DNA of 64,000 nucleotides from assembly GCA_963730185.1 (NCBI GenBank), contig CAVSQW010000007.1, forward strand, positions 352,001-416,000, given 5' to 3'. Source of the DNA: an uncultured Gemmatimonadales bacterium. GTDB lineage: Bacteria > Gemmatimonadota > Gemmatimonadetes > Gemmatimonadales > GWC2-71-9. The position numbers and the translations under genes are program-made. Below are positions 37,628 to 46,841 of the stretch, piece after piece. How positions within the stretch are numbered: the stretch's first letter is position 1; every line of letters begins with the position of its first letter. Below the pieces are notes generated by a model. The model saw only the letters and a list, made by a program, of their open reading frames with translations. It had not been told where the DNA came from and ran no database searches.

Positions 37628-38781
37628 GGCCCCGCCAGCGCCTGGGCCAGGTCGTCGATCAGATCGGCCGGGTCCTCGACGCCGCAACTCAGTCGGACGA
37701 AGCCGTCGTCGATTCCCATCGCCCGCCGGCCGTCGGCGTCGAGTCCGGCGTGGGAGGTGAGCCGGGGCTCGGAGACCAGGCTCTCCACCCCGGCCAGGCT
37801 GGGCGCGTGGGTGAAGATCCGGAGCCGCCGGAGGAAGCGCTCCGCGGCGCTGGTGCCGCCCTCGATCACCAGGCCGACCATGCCGCCGAATCCGTCCAGC
37901 ACCCGGGCGGCGATCTCGTGATCGGGATGCCCGGGCAGGCCAGGGTAGTGCACGGCGGCGACCCGTTCGTGCTCCGCCGCCCACCCGGCCACCGCGAGGC
38001 CGTTGGCGTTCTGCCGCTCCATTCGGATGGCGAGGGTCTTCAGGCCCCGGTCCAGGAGCCAGGCCGCCTCGGGATCGATCGCGGAGCCCCAGGAGCGCAT
38101 CAGGCGGACCACCTCGTCGATCAGCGATTGGGTGCCGGCCACCGCGCCGGCCGTCACGTCGCTGTGCCCGTTGAGGTACTTGGTCCCGCTGGTGATGACC
38201 ACGTCGGCGCCGTGCTCGATCGGTCGGAAGTTGATCGGGCTTGCGAAGGTGGAGTCCACCAGCAGGGCCAGCCCGTACTCCTTGGCGATCTGAGCCACCG
38301 GCACCGGATCGATCACCCGCATCGTGGGATTGGTGGGCGACTCGAAGAAGATGGCCCGGGTGTTTGCGGTGACGCCCCGGCGCCATTCGCGGGGATGATT
38401 GGGGTCCACGTAGCCCACCGTGATCCCCAGCCGGCCGAACTCCTCGTCGAAGAGCTTCCGGGTGCCGCCGTAGATCCAGGAACTGGTGATCAGGCGGTCG
38501 CCCGGACGGAGCACCGCCAGATGGGCCAGCGCCGTCGCCGCCATCCCGCTCCCCAGGAGCACGGCGCCCTCGGCGCCCTCGAGGAGGGCGTACTTCCGGG
38601 CCACGCTCAGTTGGTTGGGGGTGTTGCCGTACCGGGCGTACATCACTTCCAGGTCGGAGCCCACCGCGTTGACGTACGTGGTGGACCGGATCAACGGGGC
38701 CACCACCGGCTCGTCGGGATGGTGCCGCTGGAGGTGTCCGTGCACGGACACGGTCGATCGTCCCAGCTGGCGGCCGCTCAT
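37624..38781 (-). CDS. Cys/Met-metabolism PLP enzyme (cystathionine gamma-synthase / methionine gamma-lyase family)
   Basis: YARYGN, SGMAA, YGGT, ESPTNP, DSTFASP, SGTKYLNGHSD, SLAGVESL. Confidence 0.92.
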   Translation of the reverse strand: MSGRQLGRSTVSVHGHLQRHHPDEPVVAPLIRSTTYVNAVGSDLEVMYARYGNTPNQLSVARKYALLEGAEGAVLLGSGMAATALAHLAVLRPGDRLITSSWIYGGTRKLFDEEFGRLGITVGYVDPNHPREWRRGVTANTRAIFFESPTNPTMRVIDPVPVAQIAKEYGLALLVDSTFASPINFRPIEHGADVVITSGTKYLNGHSDVTAGAVAGTQSLIDEVVRLMRSWGSAIDPEAAWLLDRGLKTLAIRMERQNANGLAVAGWAAEHERVAAVHYPGLPGHPDHEIAARVLDGFGGMVGLVIEGGTSAAERFLRRLRIFTHAPSLAGVESLVSEPRLTSHAGLDADGRRAMGIDDGFVRLSCGVEDPADLIDDLAQALAGP

Positions 38782-39320
38782 GCGGTGGGTAACGGACGGA
38801 AGGTTCCCGACGCGGCCTGCACCAGCCCGCGGAGGGCGAGCGACTGGAGCGCGTCGGCGGCCCGCTCGATGGTCCAGCCCAACTCGTCGGCCAGCCGGCC
38901 GGCGTCACCGGGGCCGATCCGGTTCGCCGCCTCGAACGCGGCCACCAGGTCGGGGGTCCGCCAGCCGACCATGCAGGGCGGCGCCTCGGGCCCGGCGGAC
39001 GCGATCACGGTCAGGTGGTGCGTCTCGAGCACGTGCTCGATCGCCTCGAGGTGCGACTCGCCCACGTTCACCAGCACCACGAAGCGGGGGCGGTCGCGCT
39101 CCCCGTTCAGGATCAGCTTGGCGACCACTTCGTCGGCGCAGCTGAAATCGAGCAGGCCGATGGCGTCGAAATCGAGCTGCGCGGTAGGATGGGGGCTGGC
39201 CGCGATCCGGGCCTCGATTCGGCCCCGGACCGCCGCGCCGGTCGACCGGGTCACCAGATCGGAATAGGGAGTGGTCACGGTCTCGCGGAGTAGCCGGGCC
39301 AGCTCGATTCGCTCCATCAT
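38778..39320 (-). CDS. STAS-like (DUF4325-type) + winged-helix protein, CapS-like
   Basis: LVTRSTG..VR, LDFDAIGLLDFSCADEVVAKL STAS motif; C-terminal AGRLADELGWTIERAADALQSLALRGLV HTH/wing. Confidence 0.78.
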   Translation of the reverse strand: MMERIELARLLRETVTTPYSDLVTRSTGAAVRGRIEARIAASPHPTAQLDFDAIGLLDFSCADEVVAKLILNGERDRPRFVVLVNVGESHLEAIEHVLETHHLTVIASAGPEAPPCMVGWRTPDLVAAFEAANRIGPGDAGRLADELGWTIERAADALQSLALRGLVQAASGTFRPLPTA

Positions 39321-40219
39321 CGGCCGTGCGCCTCCTGAGCGGGAATGGTGAGGGCGAGCTGTGAGCCCGGGAAGAACGGCAGCTGCTCGGCCAGGGGGAC
39401 GTCGTCGTCCCAATCGGGCACGACAGCCAGTCGGGCCGTGCCGCTCCGGATCGAGATCTTGCCGTGCCAGCGGAGCAGGTAGCGCTTGATGCCCGCCAGG
39501 CCCTGTCCCCGTCCTGGGTCGCGGAACCGGCTCACGCCGTGTAATAGGGCCGATTCGAGCGCGGCGCCGTCGCCCCAACGCTCGCCGACCTTCCGGGCCT
39601 CGGTGCTCTCGAGCGAGCGGCGAAAGCCGATGCCGGCGTCGCTCACCGCGATCACGACCACTTTTCGCCCTAATCGCCGACGCCAGAGATAGGTCTGGAC
39701 CGCGACCCATCCGCCCGTGCCGGCATGCTCCACAATATTCTGACATGCCTCCGAGAGCGCCATCGCGAAGCCCATCGTGGCCTTCGCCTCCAGCTTGAGC
39801 TCCGAGGTAAGGATCCGCACCGCGCTTTCCTGGACCCGTCCCACGACCTGGTGAACGTCTTCCGCCGCTTTGACGGCGGTGACCGGAAGCAAGACATCCG
39901 ACGGGGCATCCTCGGCTCGTCTAGGAATCTTGCCAACCAGGTCGAAATACTCCACCGCATGGCCGAAGAAGCCGGCTCGGCTCCAGTACGACCGAGTGTC
40001 GTCGTGCTCGGGCACGGTGAACCGGGGCTTGGGCAGGCCGAGCTCGGCGATGGCCTGGCCCACCGTGAGGAGGGCGGTGAGCCCATACGGCGAGGCCCAC
40101 TGCGTGCCCCGGGCATCGAGGAGGAGCCGCTCCGCCGGCGGCCAGTCACCGAAGCCCATCGCCAGCTGGTCGAGGGAGCGATCGTCGAGCGAAGTCGGCA
40201 CGGGCACGACGTGCATCAT
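39317..40219 (-). CDS. STAS + HATPase_c anti-sigma-type Ser kinase, CapK-like
   Basis: N-terminal LLLDARGTQWASPYGLTALL...SYWSRAGFF; N-box EACQNIVEHA, G1 DAGIG, G2 GRGQGL, FPGS; no HisKA domain. Confidence 0.82.
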   Translation of the reverse strand: MMHVVPVPTSLDDRSLDQLAMGFGDWPPAERLLLDARGTQWASPYGLTALLTVGQAIAELGLPKPRFTVPEHDDTRSYWSRAGFFGHAVEYFDLVGKIPRRAEDAPSDVLLPVTAVKAAEDVHQVVGRVQESAVRILTSELKLEAKATMGFAMALSEACQNIVEHAGTGGWVAVQTYLWRRRLGRKVVVIAVSDAGIGFRRSLESTEARKVGERWGDGAALESALLHGVSRFRDPGRGQGLAGIKRYLLRWHGKISIRSGTARLAVVPDWDDDVPLAEQLPFFPGSQLALTIPAQEAHGR

Positions 40220-41181
40220 GGCGTCACCAGCGATCCGCGAAGATGGGACGCGAGGCCCGAGGCCCCGCGGAAGGTGGCATTCCGGGCGGCGGCCTGCGAC
40301 GCCCGCTTGACCGCGACCTCGATCGTCGCCCCGCCGAGGAGGTGCGCGAACGCCGTCGCGCCGAACACGTCGCCGCACCCGGTCGGGTCGATGGCGTCGA
40401 CCGCGGGGGCCGCGAGCCGGGCGGTCCGAACCGCCAATCCAGTCCGTCCCGCCGCCCGCCCGTCGGCGCGTCCGTCCCCGAGCCGGGCGAACCCGGGCGC
40501 CGCCAGGTAGACCGCGCCCTGCGGTCCCAGGGTCACCAGCAGGGCCGACACGCCCCGGTCCAGCATCCCGGTGGCGAGGCCGAGCGGATCGACCGAGAGC
40601 TCGCGCATCTCGTCCTCGTTGACCTGAATCAGGTCGAAGCACGCGAACCAGCTCGGGGCATCGGGGAGCGGCTGGAGGCTCCGGAGCCCGTCGCCGCCCA
40701 TCCCGAGGAGGAGGCTGTGGAGATCGGCGTAGATCCAGCCCCCGAACCCCTGGCGCAGCGCCACCGCGGTCCCGAGCCCGAGCTCGAAGCCGGAGATGAA
40801 GTTCAGGTAGAGGGCGTCGAGGTCGCCCACCATCGGTCCCAACTCCTCCCAGCTCCAGGGCGGCACCCCGCCCGACATCCGCTCGCAGCGCCGCTCGCTC
40901 GATTGATAGCGGAGCACCACCCGGTTGTTGGGGGTCGGCACGATGGTGAAGCGGGCGGTCGGGGCGGCCCGGGTCAGGGTTCGGAGAAAGCGGTCGGCCG
41001 GCTCGGCCAGGTCGCGTCCCACCTTGATGACCGGGACCAGCTCCCAGTCGGAGGGCAGCGCCGCGTCGAGACCGGCCAGGGCGTAGGCGATGCCGCCCCA
41101 CTCCTCGACCGGCGGCGCGGCCGGGTCACGTCCGTGGATCTCGTCCCAGACCAGGGACCCGATCACGCCGACCCTAGGCAT
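40216..41181 (-). CDS. PfkB-family carbohydrate kinase
   Basis: WGG, QVNEDE, VTLGPQG, DPTGCGDVFG. Confidence 0.88.
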   Translation of the reverse strand: MPRVGVIGSLVWDEIHGRDPAAPPVEEWGGIAYALAGLDAALPSDWELVPVIKVGRDLAEPADRFLRTLTRAAPTARFTIVPTPNNRVVLRYQSSERRCERMSGGVPPWSWEELGPMVGDLDALYLNFISGFELGLGTAVALRQGFGGWIYADLHSLLLGMGGDGLRSLQPLPDAPSWFACFDLIQVNEDEMRELSVDPLGLATGMLDRGVSALLVTLGPQGAVYLAAPGFARLGDGRADGRAAGRTGLAVRTARLAAPAVDAIDPTGCGDVFGATAFAHLLGGATIEVAVKRASQAAARNATFRGASGLASHLRGSLVTP

Positions 41182-42142
41182 GCGCCTCGAGGAAGATCCG
41201 CGCCGCTCCCACCACGCCGGCCGTGCCCGGGAGCTCGCCCGGCACGATCCGGCAGGCCTGGACCGCGGGCTTGAAGGCCCGGCGGGCCACCTCCCGGCGG
41301 AGCGGCCCGAAGAGTCGGTCGCCGGCTCGGGTGACGCCCCCGCAGATCACCACGACCTCCGGATTCAGGATGTTGATCAGGTTGGCGACGCCGGTGCCGA
41401 GATACCGGGCCGTGTCCTGCACCACCTCGAGCGCCAGGGGATCGCCGTCGGCCGCGGCCTCGTAGACCGTCTGGGCCGTGATCCGGGACGGGTCGTTGCC
41501 GGCGATCAGGGCGAGGACGGTCTCGGCCCCGGCCTCGATCGCCTCGACCGCCCGTCGAGCGATGGCCGGGCCCGAGGCGTAGGCCTCGAGGCAGCCGTCG
41601 TTGCCGCAGCTGCACCGCCGCCCGTTGGTGTCGATGGTGATGTGGCCGATCTCGCCGGCCACGTCGGAGGCGCCGTGGTAGAGCTTGCCGTCGATGATCA
41701 GCCCACCGCCGACCCCAGTGCCGAGGGTGAACGCCACGGCGTGACGGGCGCCCCGCGCGGCACCGAGCCACCATTCACCCATCAAGGCGCAGTTGGCGTC
41801 GTTGTCGAGGCTGGCGGGCAGGGCGAGCCGGGTCGAGATCCGGTCCCGAAGGGGCATGTTGGACCAGCCCAGATTCGGCGTCAGGATCACCACCCCGCTC
41901 CGGGTGTCGAGCGGTCCCGGCGAGCCGATCCCGGCCCCGGCGATCTTGGCGGCCGGGTCGACCCGGCGGGTGGCGGCGATGCTGGCCTGGGCCATCGTCA
42001 CGATCCGGTCCACCACCGCGTCGGCCCCGTGGGCGGCCCCGGTGGGTTCGGTGTGGAGGCCCTCCACCCGGGAGCCGTCCTCGGCCACGGCCCCGACCAC
42101 CAGGTTGGTGCCTCCGATGTCGATCCCCAGCACGTAGCGCAT
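41174..42142 (-). CDS. ROK-family sugar kinase (glucokinase-like)
   Basis: GIDIGGT, NDAN, GTGVGGG, GEIGH, CSCGNDGCLE. Confidence 0.93.
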   Translation of the reverse strand: MRYVLGIDIGGTNLVVGAVAEDGSRVEGLHTEPTGAAHGADAVVDRIVTMAQASIAATRRVDPAAKIAGAGIGSPGPLDTRSGVVILTPNLGWSNMPLRDRISTRLALPASLDNDANCALMGEWWLGAARGARHAVAFTLGTGVGGGLIIDGKLYHGASDVAGEIGHITIDTNGRRCSCGNDGCLEAYASGPAIARRAVEAIEAGAETVLALIAGNDPSRITAQTVYEAAADGDPLALEVVQDTARYLGTGVANLINILNPEVVVICGGVTRAGDRLFGPLRREVARRAFKPAVQACRIVPGELPGTAGVVGAARIFLEAHA

Positions 42143-42151
42143 GGTCCCCGC

Positions 42152-43141
42152 CTAACGTATCAGCGCGGTGATCGCCTCGTGGACGGCCGTCGCCGGAATT
42201 TCGCGCATGCAGCGGTGATGCCCCAGGGGGCAGCGGGCCGGTCCGTGGGCCGAGCAGGGCCGGCAGCCCAGGTCGGTCCGTTCCACCACGGCGGCCGCCG
42301 GACCGCGGGGGCCGAAGCCCAGCCGGGGGGCCGTGGGTCCGAAGATCACCACCACCGGCGTTCCGACGGCGCTCGCCAGGTGGAGCGGGGCGGAGTCGTT
42401 GGTGACCAGCACGGCGGCCCGCTCGATCAGGGCCGCCGAGACTCGGAGCGAGGCCTGTCCCACCGCGCTCGCCACCCGGTCCGGCGCCGCGTCCACCAGC
42501 CTAGCCGCCAGCGGCGCGTCCTCGGGTCCGCCCACCACCACGATCCGCCCGCCCACCAGCTTCACCAGATCGGGAAACGCCGGCCAGCGCTTGGTGGCCC
42601 ACACCGAGCCCGGCGCCAGCGCCACGAACCCGTCGCCGACGCCCCGGTCGGCCAGCCAGGCGTAGGCCTCGGCCCGATCGTCGTCGGTGAGCCCGAGGCT
42701 CACCTCCGCGACGGTGCCGGGCGCCGGCTCCGCGAGCGCCAGCAACCGCTCGGCCTCGTGGGCGCCGGCCGGGCGGGCGATCCGCCGGGTCTGGAGCCAG
42801 GCTCCGGTGCCGTCCCGGAAGCCGATCCGCTCGGGGATCCCGGCCAGCCGCGCCAGCAAAGCGGTCCGGAGCGAGCGGTGCGGCAGGTAGGCCCGCCGGT
42901 AGCCCCGCCGACGGAGTCGGCGGGCCATGCGCTGGAGCCCGCCCAGGCCCCGATCCCGCCCCCGCTTGTCGAACCCGAAGGCCGCGGCGACCGCGGGATG
43001 GGTCTCGACCAGCGGTACCGCGGCCGGCCGGACCAGGACGTCCACCGGCCCGTGCCGCCGGGCCAGCGCCGTCAGGAGTCCGGTGGAGAGCACCACGTCG
43101 CCAAGGAACGCGGTCTGGATCACCAGCGTGTCGCTCGGCAC
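42152..43141 (-). CDS. waaF: LPS heptosyltransferase II-like glycosyltransferase (GT9)
   Basis: QTAFLGDVV, APGSVWATKRWP, TNDSAPLHLA, FGPT, CRPC..HG..CPLGHHRCM. Confidence 0.85.
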   Translation of the reverse strand: MPSDTLVIQTAFLGDVVLSTGLLTALARRHGPVDVLVRPAAVPLVETHPAVAAAFGFDKRGRDRGLGGLQRMARRLRRRGYRRAYLPHRSLRTALLARLAGIPERIGFRDGTGAWLQTRRIARPAGAHEAERLLALAEPAPGTVAEVSLGLTDDDRAEAYAWLADRGVGDGFVALAPGSVWATKRWPAFPDLVKLVGGRIVVVGGPEDAPLAARLVDAAPDRVASAVGQASLRVSAALIERAAVLVTNDSAPLHLASAVGTPVVVIFGPTAPRLGFGPRGPAAAVVERTDLGCRPCSAHGPARCPLGHHRCMREIPATAVHEAITALIR

Positions 43142-43152
43142 CGCGGACTCGC

Positions 43153-44955
43153 TCAGTCTCCCACCTGGAGCACGGCCAGAAACGCCTCCTGCGGAATCTC
43201 CACGGCGCCGACCTGCTTCATCCGTTTCTTGCCTTCCTTCTGCTTCTCCAAGAGCTTCCGTTTCCGGGTTACGTCGCCGCCGTAGCACTTGGCCAGCACG
43301 TCCTTCCGGAGGGCGGAGATGGTCTCCCGGGCGATGATCTTGTTGCCGATCGCCGCCTGGACGATCACCTGGAAGAGCTGGCGCGGGATCAGCTCCTTGA
43401 GCTTCTCGGCCACCTTGCGGCCCCACTCGTACGCCTTGTCGCGATGGATGATCACGCTGAAGGCGTCGATCTGCTCGGTGTTGATCAGCATGTCGAGCTT
43501 GACCAGCTCCGACGGCCGGTAGCCGGCCATCTCGTAGTCGAGCGAGGCGTAGCCCCGGGAGAGCGACTTGAGCCGATCGTAGAAGTCGAGCACGATCTCG
43601 CCCAGGGGGAACTCCCACTGGAACTCGACCCGGGCGGGGTCGACGTAGTGCATCCCGAGATACACCCCCCGCCGGTCCTGACCCAGCTTCATGATCCCGC
43701 CGATGTAGTCGGCCGGGGCCAGGATCCGGGCCTTCACGAACGGCTCCTCGATCCGCTGGATGGTGGCGGGGTCGGGCAGGGTGGACGGGTTCTCCACCAG
43801 GGCCGACTCGCCGCTGGTCAGGAAGACGTGATACTCGACCGTCGGCACGGTGGTGATCAGGTCGAGGTCGAACTCCCGCTCGAGGCGTTCCTGGACGATC
43901 TCCATGTGGAGCAGCCCCAGGAACCCGCAGCGAAAGCCGAAGCCCAGGGCGGTGGACGATTCCGGCTCGTACTTGAGGCTGGCGTCGTTGAGCTGGAGCC
44001 GTTCCAGGGCGTCGCGGAGCGACTCGTACTGGTCGGTGGTGGTCGGGTACACGCCCGCGAACACCATCGACTTCACCTCGCGGTAGCCGGGCAGGAGCTC
44101 GGCGACCGGGTGGTCGGCGTCCAGCACGGTGTCACCCACCCGGGCGTCGCGGACCTCCCGGATGCTGGCCACCAGGTACCCGACCTCCCCGGCCAGGAGC
44201 TCCTCGCAGCGGCGCTGGCCGAGCGCCAGGTACCCCACCTCGTCCACCTCGTAGCGGTCCTGCGGGCGGGCGCCGAACCGGATGTTCATCCCCTGACGGA
44301 TGGCGCCGTCCACCACCCGGATGCTGGGGATCGCGCCCCGGTAGCGATCGTAGTACGAGTCGAACACCAGTCCGCGGAGCGGGGCGTCGGGGTTGCCCCG
44401 GGGTGCCGGGACCCGGCTCACGATCGCCTCCAGCAGGTCCGGCACCCCGGTGCCTTCCTTGGCCGAGACGGCCAGGATCTCGTCCTTCCGCACCCCGAGC
44501 AGGTCGCGGAGCTCCTCGGCCCGCTTGTCCGGCTCGGCGCCCGGGAGGTCGATCTTGTTGAGCACCGGGATGATCTCGAGGTTGGCCTCGAGCGCCAGGA
44601 ACAGGTTGCTGAGGGTCTGCGCCTGGGGCCCCTGCGAGGCGTCGACCACCAGGATGGCCCCCTCACACGCCGCCAGCGACCGCGACACCTCGTAGGTGAA
44701 GTCGACGTGGCCCGGGGTGTCGATCAGGTTGAGCTCGTAGGTCTCGCCGTCCCGGGCCTTGTAGGACATCCGGACGGCGTTGAGCTTGATCGTGATCCCC
44801 CGCTCCCGCTCCAGGTCCATGGTGTCGAGGACCTGTTCCCGCATCCGCCGCTTCTCCAGCGTACCGGTCGCCTCGATCAGGCGATCGGCCAGCGTGGATT
44901 TGCCGTGGTCGATGTGGGCGACGATGCAGAAATTCCGGATTCGTGACTGCGCCAT
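43153..44955 (-). CDS. lepA: Translation elongation factor 4
   Basis: [50 protein letters not shown]. Confidence 0.98.
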   Translation of the reverse strand: MAQSRIRNFCIVAHIDHGKSTLADRLIEATGTLEKRRMREQVLDTMDLERERGITIKLNAVRMSYKARDGETYELNLIDTPGHVDFTYEVSRSLAACEGAILVVDASQGPQAQTLSNLFLALEANLEIIPVLNKIDLPGAEPDKRAEELRDLLGVRKDEILAVSAKEGTGVPDLLEAIVSRVPAPRGNPDAPLRGLVFDSYYDRYRGAIPSIRVVDGAIRQGMNIRFGARPQDRYEVDEVGYLALGQRRCEELLAGEVGYLVASIREVRDARVGDTVLDADHPVAELLPGYREVKSMVFAGVYPTTTDQYESLRDALERLQLNDASLKYEPESSTALGFGFRCGFLGLLHMEIVQERLEREFDLDLITTVPTVEYHVFLTSGESALVENPSTLPDPATIQRIEEPFVKARILAPADYIGGIMKLGQDRRGVYLGMHYVDPARVEFQWEFPLGEIVLDFYDRLKSLSRGYASLDYEMAGYRPSELVKLDMLINTEQIDAFSVIIHRDKAYEWGRKVAEKLKELIPRQLFQVIVQAAIGNKIIARETISALRKDVLAKCYGGDVTRKRKLLEKQKEGKKRMKQVGAVEIPQEAFLAVLQVGD

Positions 44956-45004
44956 GGCACGAATATAGTCGGGCGAGACTGGCGCCCCCCAATAGATTAC
45001 GGCG

Positions 45005-45946
45005 ATGCCCGCCCCCCGTTCCGGCCTGTCCCGTTATGACGCGGGCATGCTGCTCGTGTGCCTCATCTGGGGTGCCAACTTCAGCGCCATCAAGTACGCT
45101 CTGGAGTCCATACCGCCCCTGGTCTTCGCGGCGCTCCGGTTCATCCTGGCGAGCGTGGTGTTTCTGGTGCTGGTCCGGCTGCGGGAGGGGCCCCTTCTTC
45201 GGACCCGGACCGGCAGCATCCGGGGGCTGATTCTCCTCGGCCTGATCGGCAATACCTTCTACCAGGCCGGTTTCATGATCGGCCTCGACGAGACCACCGC
45301 GACCAAGAGTGCGCTGATTCTGGCGGCGATGCCGGTCATGGTCGCCGTGATCGCGACCGTTTTCGGGGTCGAGCGGCTGAGTGGCCGGCTCTGGGCCGGG
45401 ATGGCCCTGGCGCTGGTCGGCGTCGTCGTGGTGATCGGGACCAGGAGCGGCACGGCCACGGCCGGCGGCAGCCTGATCGGCGACCTGCTGATGCTCCTTG
45501 CCTGCCTCTGCTGGTCGGTCTACACCGTCGGGCTCAGGAGGGTCGGGAGCGGGATGAGCTCGCTCCGGGTCACGGCCGTGACCACGGTCGCCGGGACGCC
45601 GGGGCTCGTCCTCCTGGCCCTGCCCCAGTTCCGCGAAGTGAGCTGGGGATCGCTCGACGCCGGCACCTGGTTCGGCGTGTTCTACTCGGGGCTCCTCGCC
45701 ATCGTCGTGGCCTATACCCTCTGGAGCGTGTCCGTTCGGGTGGTGGGGAGTAGCCGGACCGCCGTCTACAACGCCGTGATCCCGGTGGTGGCGGCCCTGG
45801 TGGCGTGGGTGGTGCTCGGCGAGCAGCCGACGGCGGCGCAGGCCGGGGGGGCCGCGCTGGTGATCACCGGGGTGCTGCTGAGTCAGAGTCGCCGGGGCCA
45901 GCCGAGGGGCGTGCCGCGGCCTGCCGGGGCGCCCAGCGCCGACTGA
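45005..45946 (+). CDS. DMT/EamA-family transporter
   Basis: IWGANF, LRF, two EamA repeats, LGE. Confidence 0.9.
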   Translation: MPAPRSGLSRYDAGMLLVCLIWGANFSAIKYALESIPPLVFAALRFILASVVFLVLVRLREGPLLRTRTGSIRGLILLGLIGNTFYQAGFMIGLDETTATKSALILAAMPVMVAVIATVFGVERLSGRLWAGMALALVGVVVVIGTRSGTATAGGSLIGDLLMLLACLCWSVYTVGLRRVGSGMSSLRVTAVTTVAGTPGLVLLALPQFREVSWGSLDAGTWFGVFYSGLLAIVVAYTLWSVSVRVVGSSRTAVYNAVIPVVAALVAWVVLGEQPTAAQAGGAALVITGVLLSQSRRGQPRGVPRPAGAPSAD

Positions 45947-45955
45947 CCGCCCCGG

Positions 45956-46321
45956 CTAGGCTGGGGGCTGGGCCCGGCGTGCCTCCTGAAGTCGGGCGAA
46001 GGCCCGGCGGAGATGGGGGATCACGATCGAGCCGCCGACCACCAGCCCGATGGCGAAGGTCTCCTGGATCTCGGCGTCGCTGGCGCCCTCCTCGACGGAC
46101 CGTACCACATGGTAGGTGATGCAGTCGTCGCAGCGGAGCACCAGCGACGCCACCAGGCCGAGCAGCTCCTTGCTGCGGACGTCGAGCGCGCCGGCTTCGT
46201 AGGCGCGGGTGTCGAGATTGAAAAACCGATTGATGGTGAGGTTGCCGGCGCCCAGGATGGTCTCGTTCATCTCCGAACGGAACGCCTGGAAGTCGGCCAG
46301 CGAGTCGTGCGTATGGGCCAT
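45956..46321 (-). CDS. Carboxymuconolactone decarboxylase / AhpD-like protein
   Basis: GALD..SKELLGLVASLVLRCDDCITYH, VGGSIVIPH. Confidence 0.9.
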   Translation of the reverse strand: MAHTHDSLADFQAFRSEMNETILGAGNLTINRFFNLDTRAYEAGALDVRSKELLGLVASLVLRCDDCITYHVVRSVEEGASDAEIQETFAIGLVVGGSIVIPHLRRAFARLQEARRAQPPA

Positions 46322-46391
46322 GGGCCCCAAGCGTAAGGGGCTCGTCGCCGGGAGGCAACGAGCCCCGCCAGTCGCCTCCGCCCCGGCGGGG

Positions 46392-46652
46392 CTAGGTGCC
46401 GTCGGCGACCTCGAGAACCAGATCCCGCCCCTGGGGCGGGCGGTGGGGCGGCTTGGGAGGGGGCTTCCGCCGCTTGAGAATCGGGTCACCGGTCGGCTTG
46501 GGGTCGGCTGGCCTCTTCGGCGGCTTGGGTGGCTTCTTGGGATCCTGTCGGTGGCTCACCGCTGGCGCCTCGTGATCGCTCGGCCCGGCCGGCGGTACGG
46601 CGCCGGCCGAAATCGCGACCATCAAGGCCAATGTGAGCCGTGGTACCATCAT
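46392..46652 (-). CDS. Small secreted Pro/Lys-rich protein
   Basis: GGAGG RBS, signal-peptide-like N-terminus, DPKKPPKPPK...KRRKPPPKPP. Confidence 0.65.
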   Translation of the reverse strand: MMVPRLTLALMVAISAGAVPPAGPSDHEAPAVSHRQDPKKPPKPPKRPADPKPTGDPILKRRKPPPKPPHRPPQGRDLVLEVADGT

Positions 46653-46679
46653 CGTCCAACCTCCGTACCGGGAGGGTAT

Positions 46680-46788
46680 AGCAGAGGCTGTGCCGCCCCG
46701 GGCTCGACAGGCAAGTCCTTGTCACACTGGACGGTAGCGTCTCGTGGCTCGATTTGCTTGGGGGCCCAGTCCGTCCTCGGAAGAGGAC
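46680..46788 (-). promoter_or_regulatory. Putative sigma54 promoter with palindromic activator site
   Basis: Minus strand CGGCACAGCCTCTGCT (46695-46680; GG-N10-GC); perfect inverted repeat GTCCTC-GGAA-GAGGAC at 46773-46788. Confidence 0.6.
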
Positions 46789-46803
46789 AGTGGTACAGTC
46801 ACG

Positions 46804-46832
46804 TTGACTCCCCCAGGGCAGTGCCGTACGTT
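46804..46832 (+). promoter_or_regulatory. Sigma70-type promoter of the DUF58-BatA-mfd operon
   Basis: TTGACT (46804-46809), 17 nt, TACGTT (46827-46832), 9 nt before ATG. Confidence 0.65.
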
Positions 46833-46841
46833 GCGCCCCCT

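Noticed and set aside
36941..38908. 655-aa FtsE with a long N-terminal extension
   Set aside because: The extension overlaps the metB-like gene in another frame; the real start is ATG 37627. The same applies to the extended ORFs for typA (58108) and the kinase (41101)
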